From assembly GCF_018350175.1 (NCBI RefSeq), contig NC_058368.1, forward strand, positions 60,822,001-60,886,000: a stretch of DNA of 64,000 bases. Reading direction: 5' to 3'. Shown here piece by piece: positions 24,006 to 36,400 of the stretch. Source of the stretch: Felis catus. Its lineage: Eukaryota. Numbering within the stretch: position 1 is the stretch's first letter; every line of letters begins with the position of its first letter. Made by a program: the position numbers and the translations under genes. The notes under the pieces are model-generated. The model was given only the letters and a program-made list of their open reading frames with translations. It was not told where the DNA came from and ran no database searches.

Positions 24006-25169
24006 TATTTGATCTATTTTTAAATGGGACTTTAATGAGAAGTAGGACAATGTAAATGGTACATCAGTATGCTAATATTTCATCCTAATATTCAGGATCT
24101 TGTAACTGCTACTGTCTGATCTCCAAGTGGAGGATTCACATGTACAATATAATGAAGCAGGAAAGAACTTGCTATAGTTAGAAGAACTTGTATGCAACTT
24201 GTGTACTATGGTAATGCAGGTCTCAGGTGAAAGATTATTCATGATATAAGGAGATTTTTTCAGAAATAAGCTGAAATTTGGCAAAGAGTGCACACAGTTG
24301 CTCGGCCAGCTACCAATTTGCAACCTTTATTTTGCACATAATTGAATAACATGATTTGGAAAAACACACCTTTCAGGAGAAGACCAAACTGCTCAGATTC
24401 ATGCTCCCAAAAGAAGCAACAGTCTCCTAGACATAATTTCATGGAGAATATTCTAATAAAATCAGTTTTACTAATGGTCCTATTAATTGCAAACATTGAC
24501 AAATTCTTAAAACTGACATCCTGCTGCCTTGAAAGCCTTGGACAACTATCTGGTGTTTGCTAGAATGGTCCATCACTTGGTGTCCTCCTCCATCTGATGG
24601 TTTCTGGGGGAATCTTCCACTCATGCATAGGATATCTAGGTGGCCATGGGCCTTGCCACCATCCCAGCTGAATAGACTGGACCTGTGTACCTGATCAAAT
24701 GAAACAGACCTAATACAAGAATAAGCTTGACCGATCCAATTACATATGTAGGTAAGTTAAGTGAGGGAATAGTAACTGAGAAAATAGAACTAGCCGGTTA
24801 ACAGGAGCAGAATGGACTTTAGCAATGAGCAGAAATGTGATTGGAGAGCCTGTGTGGCCTGAGGAGGTAACATAGTAGCTAATCTCTAGAGCAGCTGCTA
24901 ACTTTTCACCAGGCCCTGTGGTAGTGGGGTAGAGGTATATTTCCCCCCTTTAAATCTTGAAGTAATCTGAATTTCTACTCCTTGTGGCCATAAACCAAAC
25001 TGCTACATGTATTAGTATGCTTTGATACTTGAAACCGTTAACTGTATTAAATTACAGATAAGCCATTCCAAATCAAAATTATGTTGTCCTCTCCACAGAT
25101 GAGAACTATTGAAACTTCAAGGTAGGGAACTCTCACTTGGAAGGTGGGAGGTAGGGATTAAATCTCAGA

Positions 25170-25335
25170 AGTGGTTCTAGCTTGGTTGCACATCATAATC
25201 ACTTGGTTAGCTTTTAAAAATCCTTACCTGGTCTCAAACCCAGAGCTTTTACTTGCTAATACTGTATATCTGGTTCCCCTTCTCTCCCTCCTCCCCGCCA
25301 AGGCTTTAAGATAAGGTAAAGGCTGAAAACCACTA
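25170..25335. mobile_element. MER5A-like hAT-Charlie MITE
   Basis: agtggttctagcttggttgcacatcataatcacttgg…ttttaaaaatcc…tgaaaaccact. Confidence 0.55.
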
Positions 25336-26237
25336 AAATGTTACAGTGCATTAGTTTGGATGTAAGTGACAATGGAATGCTTTACTTCAGACAGATGGTA
25401 ATCAGGATTATAGTAAGATTATTATATATAAAAATACTGAATCACTAGGATATATACCAAAAAAAAAAAAATAGGATATTCTAGGTTCTAATTTAGTAAA
25501 AATGAGTTAATATGCAGGATTCTTTCTCCTGAAGTGAATCCTCATTTGATAATTCCTATAAAGTAAAAATACTTCAATGTGTCAGTTAGTGAATGGTCAA
25601 GGGTACTCTACTACACTCAGCCTTCAGTATTTTAGGTGAAAATGCCTAAGTATGATCTATTTAGAAGTGTTTGAAAGCATTACTGCTGTACCATCTTCTA
25701 GATAAATTTCACAAGTTTTATAGACTAGCAGTAAAACTTGATCATGACAATCATGAACTTCAAACCTCAAGCACTTTAGAAGTGAACAATACTTGAGTAT
25801 TTAATTTCTGATATCCTGAATTAGTGTTTCCTTTAAATTCTGTATGTTGATGGGAAGTGGTTGAGTGAGAGGCAGAAGGGAGCAGGTGACACATATGTCC
25901 ATGTGTACCTACCTTTCATTTAATCAATAGCAAAAATATTAAAACTTCAAACTCCCTAGTATTTGAGTAGATCATGTTTACTTGCACTCATTAACATTGA
26001 AATTATTCCTAATTTTCTTATCCTAATCTGTTCAGCAGTATACTTAATTTATAACCTCTATCTCCCATAAATCTGTAAAACTGTCTTAAGCTGTGTATAA
26101 GGCCCTTGATGCATGTTTTCTTGTGTTATCTTTGAAAGTAGTCTACTGAATCTACACGAGTGATACATAGTAAAACATTAAGCCTGTGTGAAAGCCCTGA
26201 CTTAAACAATTTTTATGTTAATTTAGGAAGAATATTT

Positions 26238-26415
26238 GGGGCACCTGGGTGGCTCAGTTAAGCATTCCAACTCTTGATATTTGACTTAGGTCATGTCCCG
26301 TGGTTGTGGGATCAAGTCCTATATCAGGCTCGGTGCTAGGTGTGGAGACTGCTTAAGATTCTCTCTCCTCTCCCCTGCTTGTGCACATGCTCTCGTTTGC
26401 TCTCAAAACAAAAAC
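26238..26415 (+). mobile_element. Older carnivore Can-SINE
   Basis: ggggcacctgggtggctcagttaagc…gtggagactgcttaagattctctc. Confidence 0.88.
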
Positions 26416-28028
26416 TTACAATATTGATCTTGAGGTAGTAGCTGCTAGACGTTGTTTTGGTCTCCTAGTTTCTTTTAAGATATAACCAGATCATTCTAGA
26501 AATCCTTAAGAGTGTTCTTGTAGATTTCTCCTTCAGGTTTTTGTCAATTCCTTATCTACATTTCGAATACTTCTCATCAAACTTCTTCCTATCTATTGAC
26601 ATAAAATGTAGGACCATCACTTTTGCAATAAGGGGAAAAATCTTGCTATTTGTATCTGGATGAGTGATTCTAAGATTTGTTCTACTTTCCACTGATTTCT
26701 TTAGGTTTTATGTACACAAAATACCATCTGCAGAGAACTTGTATTTTTCTACCTAATACTTTCTAAATGCTTTATTTACAGAACTATATAAAAACAGAAA
26801 AATAACAATCATGACTCCTGAAGCTAAGTTCTACTTCTGTTTGACATTTTTAAAATAAAACTTTATGGACCTATGTACACATCTTTAATGTACACATTTT
26901 TAACTATCTGCATAAATCTAGTATTTTACATCAAACTCAAACTATTTCTTAAATAATGCCAACCAGGTCTGAGACTATGTGATGGTTATAAAACTTAATC
27001 TTCCATGAAATCACTTGGGTCTCGTCCCCCCCTCCCCCCCCCCATAGTACTGGGTTTCTTGGTCCTGTAATTTAACAAACCCCCTAGAAACTGGAGAGGA
27101 GGCCCTTTAAGAAGCCCAAGTGGTAAAGGGAAATCAGTTTAGAGTTTTGTCCCTTTAAGATACATCTTGGCAAAAGATTTTATTACTTTTATTGTCAAAT
27201 TGGTTTCCATACAATACCCAGTGCTCCTCCCAACAGGTGCTCTCCTCAATGCCCATCCCCCGCTTTCCCCTCCCTTCCATCCCCCATCAACCCTCAGGTT
27301 ATTCTCAGTTTTTAAGAGTCTCTTAGATTTGCCTCCTTCCCTATCTAACTTGTTTTCCTTCTCCCCCATGGTCTTTTGATATGTTTTCACTCGTATGTGG
27401 ATCCTGAGAAACTTCTGGTATCGGATTTTCTCTGTACGACTTATTTCACTTAGCATAACACCTCTTGTTGCTACAAAAGGCCATATTTCTTTTTTTAACC
27501 TAAATTTTTATTTTTTATATTTTCCAATATGTGAAATTGTCAAATAGGTTTCCATACAACACCCAGTGCTCATCCCAAAAGATGCACTCTTCAATACCCA
27601 TCACCCACCCTCCCCTCCCTCCCACCCCCCATGAACCCTCAGTTTGTTCTCAGTTTGAGTCTCTTATGCTTTGGCTCTCTCCCACTTTTTTTTTTCTTCC
27701 CCTCCCCCGTGGGTTTGTTAAGTATCTTAGGATCCACATATGAGTGAAAACGTATGGTGTCTTTCTCTGTATGGCTTATTTCACTTAACACTCTCCAGTT
27801 CCATCCATGTTGCTACAAAAGGCCATATTTCATTCTTATTGCCACGTAGTACTCCATTGTGTATATAAACCACAATTTCTTTATCCATTCATCAGTTGAT
27901 GGACATTTAGGCTCTTTCCATAATTTGGCTATTGTTGAGAGTGCTGCTATAAACATTGGGGTACAAGTGCTCCTATGCATCAGTACTCCTGTATCCCTTG
28001 GGTAAATTCCTAGCAGTGCTACTGCTGG

Positions 28029-28172
28029 NNNNNNNNNNNNNNNNNNNNNNNNNNNNNNNNNNNNNNNNNNNNNNNNNNNNNNNNNNNNNNNNNNNNNNNN
28101 NNNNNNNNNNNNNNNNNNNNNNNNNNNNNNNNNNNNNNNNNNNNNNNNNNNNNNNNNNNNNNNNNNNNNNNN
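28029..28172. other. Assembly gap (144 N)
   Basis: N run. Confidence 1.
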
Positions 28173-28855
28173 TTCATTTTGGCCACTGACTGGCGTGAGG
28201 TGATATCTGAGTGTGGTTTTGATTTGTATTTCCCTGATGAGGAGCGATGTTGAGCATCTTTTCATGTGAAAAGGCCATATTTCATTCTTATTGCCAACTA
28301 GTATTCCATTGTATATATAAACCACAATTTCTTTATTCATCAGTTGATGGACATTTAGGTTCTTCCCATAATTTGGCTATTGAGACTGCTGCTATAAACC
28401 TTGGGGTACAAGTGCCCCTATGCATCAGTACTCCTGTATCCCTTGGGTAAATTCCTAGCCGTGCTATTGCTGGATTATAGGGTAGATGTATTAATTTTTT
28501 GAGAAACCTCCATACGGTTTTCCAGAGTGGCTGCACCAGTTTGCATGTGCCTGTTGGCCATCTGGATGTCTTCTTTAGAGACGTGTCTATTCATGTCCTC
28601 TGCCCATCTCTTCACTGGATTATTTGTTTTTTGGGTGTGGAGTTTGGGGTGTTCTTCAGATTTTGGATACTAACCCTTTGTCCAATGTCATTTGCAAATA
28701 TCTTTTCCCATTCTGTTGGTTGCCTTGTAGTCTTGTTGATTGTTTCCTTTGCAGTGCAAAAGCTTTTTATCTCTATGAGGTCCCAATAGTTCATTTTTGC
28801 TTTTAATTCCCTTGCCTTTGGAGATGTGTCAAGTAAGAAACTGCTGCGGCTGAAG

Positions 28856-28887
<32 letters not shown>

Positions 28888-29305
28888 CCCCCCTGCTTTC
28901 TCCTCTAAGGTTTTGATGGTTTGCTGTCTCACATTCAGGTCCTTTATCCATTTTGAGTTTATTTTTGTGAAGGGTGTGATAAAGTGCTTTAGTTTCATTC
29001 TTTGTTGCTGTCCAGTTCTCCTGGCACCGTTTGTTAAAGACTCTTTTCCCTTGGATACTCTTTCCTGCTTTGTCAAAGATTAGTTGGCCATACGTTTGTG
29101 GTTCCAGTTCTGGGTTCTCTATTCTATTCCGTTGGTTTATATGTCTGGTTTTGTGCCAATGCCATGCTGTCTTGATTACAACTTTGTAGTAGAGGCTAAA
29201 GTCTGGGATTGTGATGCCTCCCACTTTGGTCTTCTTCAAAATTACTTTGGCTATGCATGGTCTTCTGTGGTTCTGTACAAATTTTAGGATTGCTTGTTCT
29301 AGCTC

Positions 29306-29440
29306 NNNNNNNNNNNNNNNNNNNNNNNNNNNNNNNNNNNNNNNNNNNNNNNNNNNNNNNNNNNNNNNNNNNNNNNNNNNNNNNNNNNNNNNNNNNNNNN
29401 NNNNNNNNNNNNNNNNNNNNNNNNNNNNNNNNNNNNNNNN
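29306..29440. other. Assembly gap (135 N)
   Basis: N run. Confidence 1.
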
Positions 29441-31336
29441 TTCATAAGCTTTCTATAGTTTTCAGCATACAGATCTTTTACATCATTGGTTAGGTTCATT
29501 GCTAGGTATTTTATGCTTCTTGGTGCAATTGTGAATGGGATATGTTTCTTTGTTGCTTCATTATTAGTGCATAAGAATGCAACTGATTTCTGTACATTGA
29601 TTTTTGTATCCTGCGAGTTTGCTGAATTCATGTATCAGTTCTAGCAGACTTTTGGTGGAGTCCATTGGGTTTTCCATGTATCATGTCCTCTGCAAACAGT
29701 GAAAGCTTGACTTCCATCTTTGCTAATTCTGATGGCTTTGATTTCCTTTTGTTGTCTGATTGCTGATGCTAGCACTTCCAACACTTAAACAACAGCGGTG
29801 AGAGTGGACATCCCTGTCGTGTTCCTGATCTCAGGGAAAGCTGTCAGTTTGTCCCCATTGAGGATATTAGCTGTGGGCTCTTCATAAATGGCTTTTATGA
29901 TTAAGTATGTTCCTTCTATCCCAACTGTCTTGAGGGTTTTTATTAAAGGATGCTGAGTTTTGTCAGATACTTTTTCTGCATCAATTGACAGGATCCTATG
30001 GTTCTTATCTTTTCTTTTATTAATGTGATGTATCACATTGATTTTGTGAATATTGAACCAGCCCTGCACCCAAGGAATGAATCCCACTTGGTCATGGTAA
30101 TTTTTTTTATATGCTGTTGAATTTGATTTGCTAGTGTCTTGTTGAGAATTTTTGTATCCATGCTCATCAGGGATATTGGCCTGTAGTTCTTTTTTTGTTG
30201 GGTCTCTGTCTGGTTTGGGAAGCAAAGTAATGCTGTCTTCATAGAATGAGTCTGGAAGTTTTCCTTCCCTTTCTACTTTTTGGAACAGCTTGAGAAGGAT
30301 AGGTATGATCTCTGCTTTACATGTCTGGTAGAATTCCCCAGGGAAGCCATCTGGTCCTGGATTCTTATTGGGAGATTTTTGATAACTGATTCAATTTCTT
30401 CGCTGGTTGTGGGTCTGTTCAAGTTTTCTATTTCTTCCTGTTTGAGTTTTGGAAGTGTGTGGGTGCTTAGGAATTTGTCCATTTCTTCCAGGTTGTCCAG
30501 TTTATTGGCATACCTTTTATAGTAGTCTGATAATTGCTTGTATTTCTGAGGGATTGGTTGTAATAATTCCATTTTCATTCGTGATTTTATCTATTGGGGT
30601 CCTTTTCCTTGAACCCTGGCTAGAGGTTTATCAATTTTATTTTTTCAAAAAACCAACTCTTGGTTTCATTGATCTGCTCTACAGGTTTTTTAGATTCTAT
30701 ATTTCTCCTCTGATCTTTATTATTTCTTCTTGGTTTGGGGTGTGTTTGTTCTGCTTCTAGTTCCTTTGTGCGGTTACATTTTGTATCTGGGATTTTTGTT
30801 TGAGATGGGCCTGGATTGCAATGTATTTTCCTCTCAGGACTGCCTTCGCTGCATCCCAAAACATTTGGATTGTTTTTTTCATTTTCATCTGTTTCCATGT
30901 ATTTTTTAAATGGCTCATACTCCCAGATCAGCAGGGAGGAGGGAGCCTATGGGAGCAGCAGGCCCCTGCACTAGCCTTTCCAGGAAGGATTCAAAGGACC
31001 CGCTATTGCCCCTCTTAAATACAGGCAACTCTAGCAACCAGAACCCTCCTTTATGGCCTCCAGGCTTCCCGGCTCCCTGTAGGTGCTTTTAGGTGTCCTA
31101 AGCTTCCCCTTCCTCCAATTGGGACTTACAGATATACAAAAACTGTTCTTTCAGGTTTTAAATCTACTCTCTGGAAACTGTTTCCCTGATTGCTTTATTC
31201 CATGGCATTAATCACCTGCATACAACTGGAATAAACTTGTCAAAGTACTTTTGGCCCTGCTAAGTGGTCAGTAAAAGTACCAAGTCAAGCAATGTTTAGC
31301 TTTTATGCTAGTTTGGGACATGGGGATAAAACTAAG

Positions 31337-31802
31337 TAGTTGACCCTTGAAAAATGGGGATATGGATACTAAACTCCACATGAAGTCAGAAATCCATGTA
31401 TAACTTTTGACCCTCCCTCCCACCCCAACTTAACTAATAGCCTGTTGACTAGAAACCTTAATACATCTTAAAAATTTTTTTTTGAGGGAGAGAGCACGAG
31501 TGGGGGAGGGGCAGAATACGTCCCAAGCAGGCTCCTTGCTCTCCACGCAGAGCCTAATGTGGGGCTTGAATTCAAACTAGGAGATCATGGCCTGAGCTGA
31601 AATTGAGTTGGATGCTCAAATGACTGAGCCACCCAGGTGTTCCTTTTTATGGATATTTTTAACAGCTATGCTATATGTAATATATACTGTATTCTTCCAA
31701 TAAAGTAAGCTAAAGAAAGGAACACATACAGTACTGTCATGTTTATCACATTCCATGTGTTACATGAATCTGCACAGTTCAAACCCATGTTCACAGGTCT
31801 TC
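31337..31802 (+). mobile_element. Tigger2-family (TcMar) non-autonomous element interrupted by a SINE
   Basis: Left end (t)agttgacccttgaa…atccatgtataacttttgac; right end gcacagttcaaacccatgttcacaggtc. Confidence 0.75.
31465..31643 (-). mobile_element. Can-SINE inside the Tigger element
   Basis: Reverse SINE ending gagccacccaggtgttcc. Confidence 0.9.
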
Positions 31803-32584
31803 TATAAACTTCAATATTGAGTCTGTTGGTCTGGATTGCAGTTATATCTAAATCTTAGAAGTTGGTATATAAGATACTTAGCATTATGTCAATAATGTAG
31901 CCTGTTGAGCTTTTCATTGTTGAGTCATTTTGAACTTGATGTAACAGAAAAACCAGTGCTAACGCATGCAGGATTTACTTGGTGTAAGTCCTGTGGTGGA
32001 GAGAATAATACTTTGAAATAGCTATAACTAAAAGATAATGTTATGCAGTTATTTGCATCTCTGAAAAACCTATGATTAGGTATAAAGCATAAATTTTTAA
32101 TCTAAAATAATTCAAAAATATGGTTATCTAGTACTCTTTAGTACAGTGATAGAAACAATCCCTATCCACTACAACACTACAGTTAATAGAAAATTATTGA
32201 TCATAAATCCCCTGTTGTGTATAGTTGTAAACTACAGCTGAGTTTGAGACAAAGTTTGTTCAAGGGACCACAATAAGTCCTTAATCTATTTCTCTTGAGA
32301 ATCTCAAATTTGTCTACTAAAACCTCTTTAAATAGTCAAAATACCAAGACTTGGCCTTGAGCTGTATCATCTTTATACTCCTCCACTCCTGTCACAAGTT
32401 TTATGGTAACTATGGACTATTTGCAACTTACCAGACTGTAATTATTGTTTTATCCAATTGGCTCTGCAATGCTGTGGTCATTGTGTTGTCAGGTTCACCT
32501 GTAGGAGATAAATGACCTCTCATATGAACTGAATTACCTGCACTTCAATATAAACATGTATGTTTGCCCTTACAGTTCATACAT

Positions 32585-32740
32585 TTGTCCAATTTATTTT
32601 AATTCCAACAGTTCCGTGTAGTGTTTCAGGTGTACAATACAGAGATTCAATAATCCTATACATTCCTCCATGCTCATAAGTGTACTTAGGTGAATGGGAC
32701 TATTTCACCCATGCCCCTCACCAACCTCCCCTCTGATAGG
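32585..32740 (-). mobile_element. Short L1 3'-end fragment (carnivore/L1MA-type)
   Basis: tagtgtttcaggtgtacaatacagagattcaa…tttcacccatgcccc. Confidence 0.65.
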
Positions 32741-32749
32741 CTTTATTTT

Positions 32750-33845
32750 AAACGTATACCCTCCATTAAGGTTGTCATTTTTTCAAGACTTTATTGAAGC
32801 ATACTTCAGACTACGTGGTTCTGAAAGATCTAAAACATTCTAATAAAAATACCTTTTTCTCAAGCATACACAGCAGAATCCCCTGGTTAAATCAAACCTA
32901 ACAAATATTACAAACTTATGAAGACTGAAATCCTACCAGGTATATTTTCCAACTACAAGGTATTAAATCTCAACACAAAGCTGGAAAATCTGCAGTGTAA
33001 ATATTAAATATTTCATAAATATTAAACACATTACTGCACAAGCAGTGGGCCAAATAACTGAAATGGCAGGGTCGCCTGGGTGGCTCAGTTGGTTGAGCAT
33101 CCGGCTTCGGCTCAGGTCATGATCTCACAGCTCATGAGTTGGAGCTCCACGTCAGGCTCTGTGCTGACAGCTTGGAGCTTTCTTCCGGTTCTGTGTCTCC
33201 CTCTCTCTCTGCTCCTAACCCACTCACATTCTGTCTCTGTCTCAAAAATAAACATTAAAAGAACTCAAATGGCAAATCAAAAGTTCTCAGAACAAAACAC
33301 AATATTCCAAAACCTATGGGATAAAGCAAAAGCAGGTGTTAGAGAAATTTATGCTATAGATGCTTGTATGAAGAAAAACATCCCAAATAACACAAGAAAC
33401 CAGAAAAAGAAGGAACTTAGCAGAAATTTCAACTGAGGAAGGAAATAACAAATCAGAGCTAGAAACCAGAATAAACAAGAACATAACATTGAAAATAAGG
33501 ACTTCCTTCCCCCTCCCTGTCCCCACCCCCCCAAAAATGCAGTGCCTTCACTACATTAACTGGGAAAGACTCGGAGGAAAAAAACACGGATAACCGTAGA
33601 AATAAATTCTTAAAGGGCATAAGTTACTATGATTTAATCTTGAATCCAAAAAACAGGGGAATCTGAGACCACTAATGAAAAGTAGAATAAATAATCAAAT
33701 ATTTCCCAGCACAGAAAAGCCCAAGACCCCATAGTTTCTTGGGTGAATTCTACCAAATATTGATAAGTCTTTATCTTACAAATAGCACGTTTAAATTCCT
33801 TCCATGAGGCTAGTACTACTGTGATAAGAACACAGGATAAAAACA
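32750..33845 (+). mobile_element. L1 ORF2 internal segment (late endonuclease to pre-RT), plus strand
   Basis: QNTIFQNLWDKAKAGVREIYAIDACMKK resembles TTYQNLWDAAKAVLRGKFIAI. Ends in the region equivalent to PGPDGFTGEFYQ…SFYEASITLIPKPDKD. Confidence 0.8.
33069..33258 (+). mobile_element. Can-SINE inside the L1 ORF2 segment
   Basis: Flanking repeat act(g/c)aaatggca. Confidence 0.93.
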
Positions 33846-33849
33846 ATGA

Positions 33850-36400
33850 AAAGGTCTAGTTTGTCCAATGTAATTATTGCTACTCCAGCTTTCTTTTGAC
33901 CTTCATTTGCATAATTCCACACTCCTTCACAATCTGCAGTTGTCCTTAAGTCTAAAAGGAGTCTTATAGGTAGCATATAGATGGGTCTTGCGGCCCTATG
34001 TCTTCTGGAGTTTTTAGTCCATTTACAGTCAAAGTAATCATTGGTATGGATTTATTGCCATTTTATTACTGGTTTCTGGAGATCTTCTCTGGTCCTGTGT
34101 CACTTCTGTTCTTTTCTGCACTCAGTCCCCGTTAATACTTTTTTGCAGGGCTGATTTAGTGGTCACAAACTTTAGTTTTGGTCTGGGCACTCTATCTCTC
34201 CTATTATGAATGATAGTCTTGCTGGATAGAGTATTCTTCCCTGCAGACTTTCCATTCGGGACTTGGAATGTATCATGCCCCTCCCTTCAGGCTTGCCATG
34301 TTAAGAAATCTCTAGATAACGTTAGGGGTTTTCCCTTGGAAATTACTGTAGTTTGTCTTCTAAGTTTTTTATCACTATTTTGCAAATTATGGTATGTTTT
34401 GGTGTTGGCCTGCTTTTGTTGATTTTGATGGAAGTTTTCTGTACTTCCTGGATCTGGTTGTCTGTTTCCTTCCCCAAAATAGGGAAGCTTATTGCTCTTC
34501 AAATAAATTTTCTGCACCCTTTTTTCTTCTGGGACTTCTCTAATACTAATGTTAATATGTTTAGTGGATTCACTGAGTTCCCTAAGTCTGTTCTCATGTT
34601 CCATAATTCTCTTGTCTGCTTCATTATATTCCATTATTTTGTCTTTTGTGTCACTGATTCCTCTGCTGCTTCTAGTCTGCTCTTGATTGCCTCAAGCCTG
34701 TTTCCAATCTTGTGTATTGCACTCTTCTGACTCTTTAATTTTTTCACATTTGTGATAAGGGTCTCCTGATGTCTACTATTTTCTCAAGCCCGGTGAGTAT
34801 CCTTATTATTGCTTTAAATTCTCCATCGGGTGAATTACTTATTCTGTTTTGCTTAGATCTCTGGCTCTGGCCTTACCTAGCCACATGGGATAAATTCCTC
34901 TATGCTGGTGTTTTGTCTGCCTTCTTCCCTGTTAGAAAAAAGTTAGATCTCCTCTTGAAAGTAATGACCTTATGAAGTTATGTAGTATCCAGAGCCTTGT
35001 GCTTATGGTAGTGTCTCCAGTGTGTCGGTGTGGGCTCTGCTGTTGTGTTGTGGCTGTTCTGGGCTTTCCTGCCGTGACAGTGTTTAGTCCCTGGCCTGGA
35101 AATTGAGTTTTAACTAGGTGTGCTCTGGTTGGCTTGTGAAATGAGACCTGACCCCACTTCTAGTACAGCTGAGGCTCAGCAGAACTCTGGTCAGGAGATG
35201 CGATATGGGCAGGGGCTTGTGTTGGTCTTTGAAGCGGAGAGCCTGCCATACTGGGACTGAGGCAAGCTTGATTGAGAAGGGTAGTTCCCTGTAAACATGG
35301 GTAACATAATGTGGCTTGGTATAAGCAAGTTAGGCAGCCAGTGTACACGGTTGTCCCCTTAGATGGCTTTGTATTTATGCTGAGAGGTGGGAGAGGGAAA
35401 TGGTGCAGTCAGCAACTTTGTTCCTGGAGGGGTGTCACCTTCTCTCCCTAAATGCTGCCTCTCAGGAAAGTGCTCTTAGAATGGAGAATAATCTCCCCCT
35501 GCTGTGTGCCCTAGGCATTTTTTCAGGTTGCTATTTCCAAGCAGTCTACTCCCCCAAACCCCCATCTTGTTTGCCTACCTTATCTCTAAGAGCTGTGTAG
35601 TGCTCTCCTGGCTCTATCCCAGCTAAATCTGACCTTTAAAACTCCAGGCTTTAGAGATGTGGTGGGAGCAGGGGCCTGCACTGGTCTTCTGGTGGAGTGA
35701 CCAGCCCCACTGGGACGGAGCTGAACTTGACTGAGAAGGGCAGTCCTGCCAGAGCACAGATGGGTGTGGCTTGGTGTAAGCAAGTTAGCCCTTGTCTTTG
35801 CTGTGCTGCTTCTCACTGGTGACCCTGGGTTTATACTCAGGGGTAAGGGAAAGGAATGGCACCAGCCAGCTTGTTCCAGGAGAGGTGTCTCTGTGAATGT
35901 TGCCTCCCAGGGATACTCTCCAAGAGTGAATAATCTGACTTGTGTGCCCTGGGTGTTCATCATATTGCTGTGTCCATGATATATTCCCACACATTGTTTG
36001 CTTGCCTTGTACCCAGGAGCAGCACACTGCCTTCAGGAATCTAAGCCAAGCCCTCTGACCTTTAACTCCAGGCATTATGCCCTGCTGGGTGTAAGAACTC
36101 GTGAAATTCAACCCCTCTTGTTTTCTAAGCCAATGGCTTTGGGGAAATGTTCTTGTTCGTTACCCTGTGTGCTCCACTCCTCCCTTTATTTGTGACCACA
36201 GCTCCCGCCCCTCAGTAGCACCCATGATCCATTTCTTCCTTAAACCATATTTACATACTTCTTACATGGTCTCTTTCCCTTTAGTTGTTGAATTTGTTCT
36301 GTCTTCAGATTGATTTTTCTGGAGTATTTAGGATGACTTGATAATTATCTAGTCTGTGGGACCAGAAGAGCCTAGGGTCTTCCTACTCTGCTACCGTCTT
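33850..36400 (-). mobile_element. Carnivore L1: 5'UTR, ORF1 and first ~70 codons of ORF2
   Basis: 5' end is the reverse complement of cctagggtcttcctactctgctaccgtctt. ORF1-like IMEHENRLRELSESTKHINISIREVPEE…KGKPLTLSRDF; ORF2-like QKKAGVAIITLDKLDLF. Confidence 0.85.

Larger units (their letters stand above)
27170..30910 (-). mobile_element. Composite cat-type L1: two 3' ends plus ORF2 RT/C-terminal region, 5'-truncated, frameshifted
   Basis: Minus-strand ORF pieces resemble L1 ORF2p: [100 protein letters not shown]. Confidence 0.95.

Noticed and set aside
25096-25118. 23-nt ATG-starting micro-exon (cacAG|ATGAGAACT…AAG|GTAGGG)
   Set aside because: Resembles the MIR core acagatgag, a frequent source of false splice signals.
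27139-30760. Cluster of the longest ORFs (100-175 aa)
   Set aside because: Frameshifted L1 ORF2 fragments and antisense frames, several inflated by N gaps.
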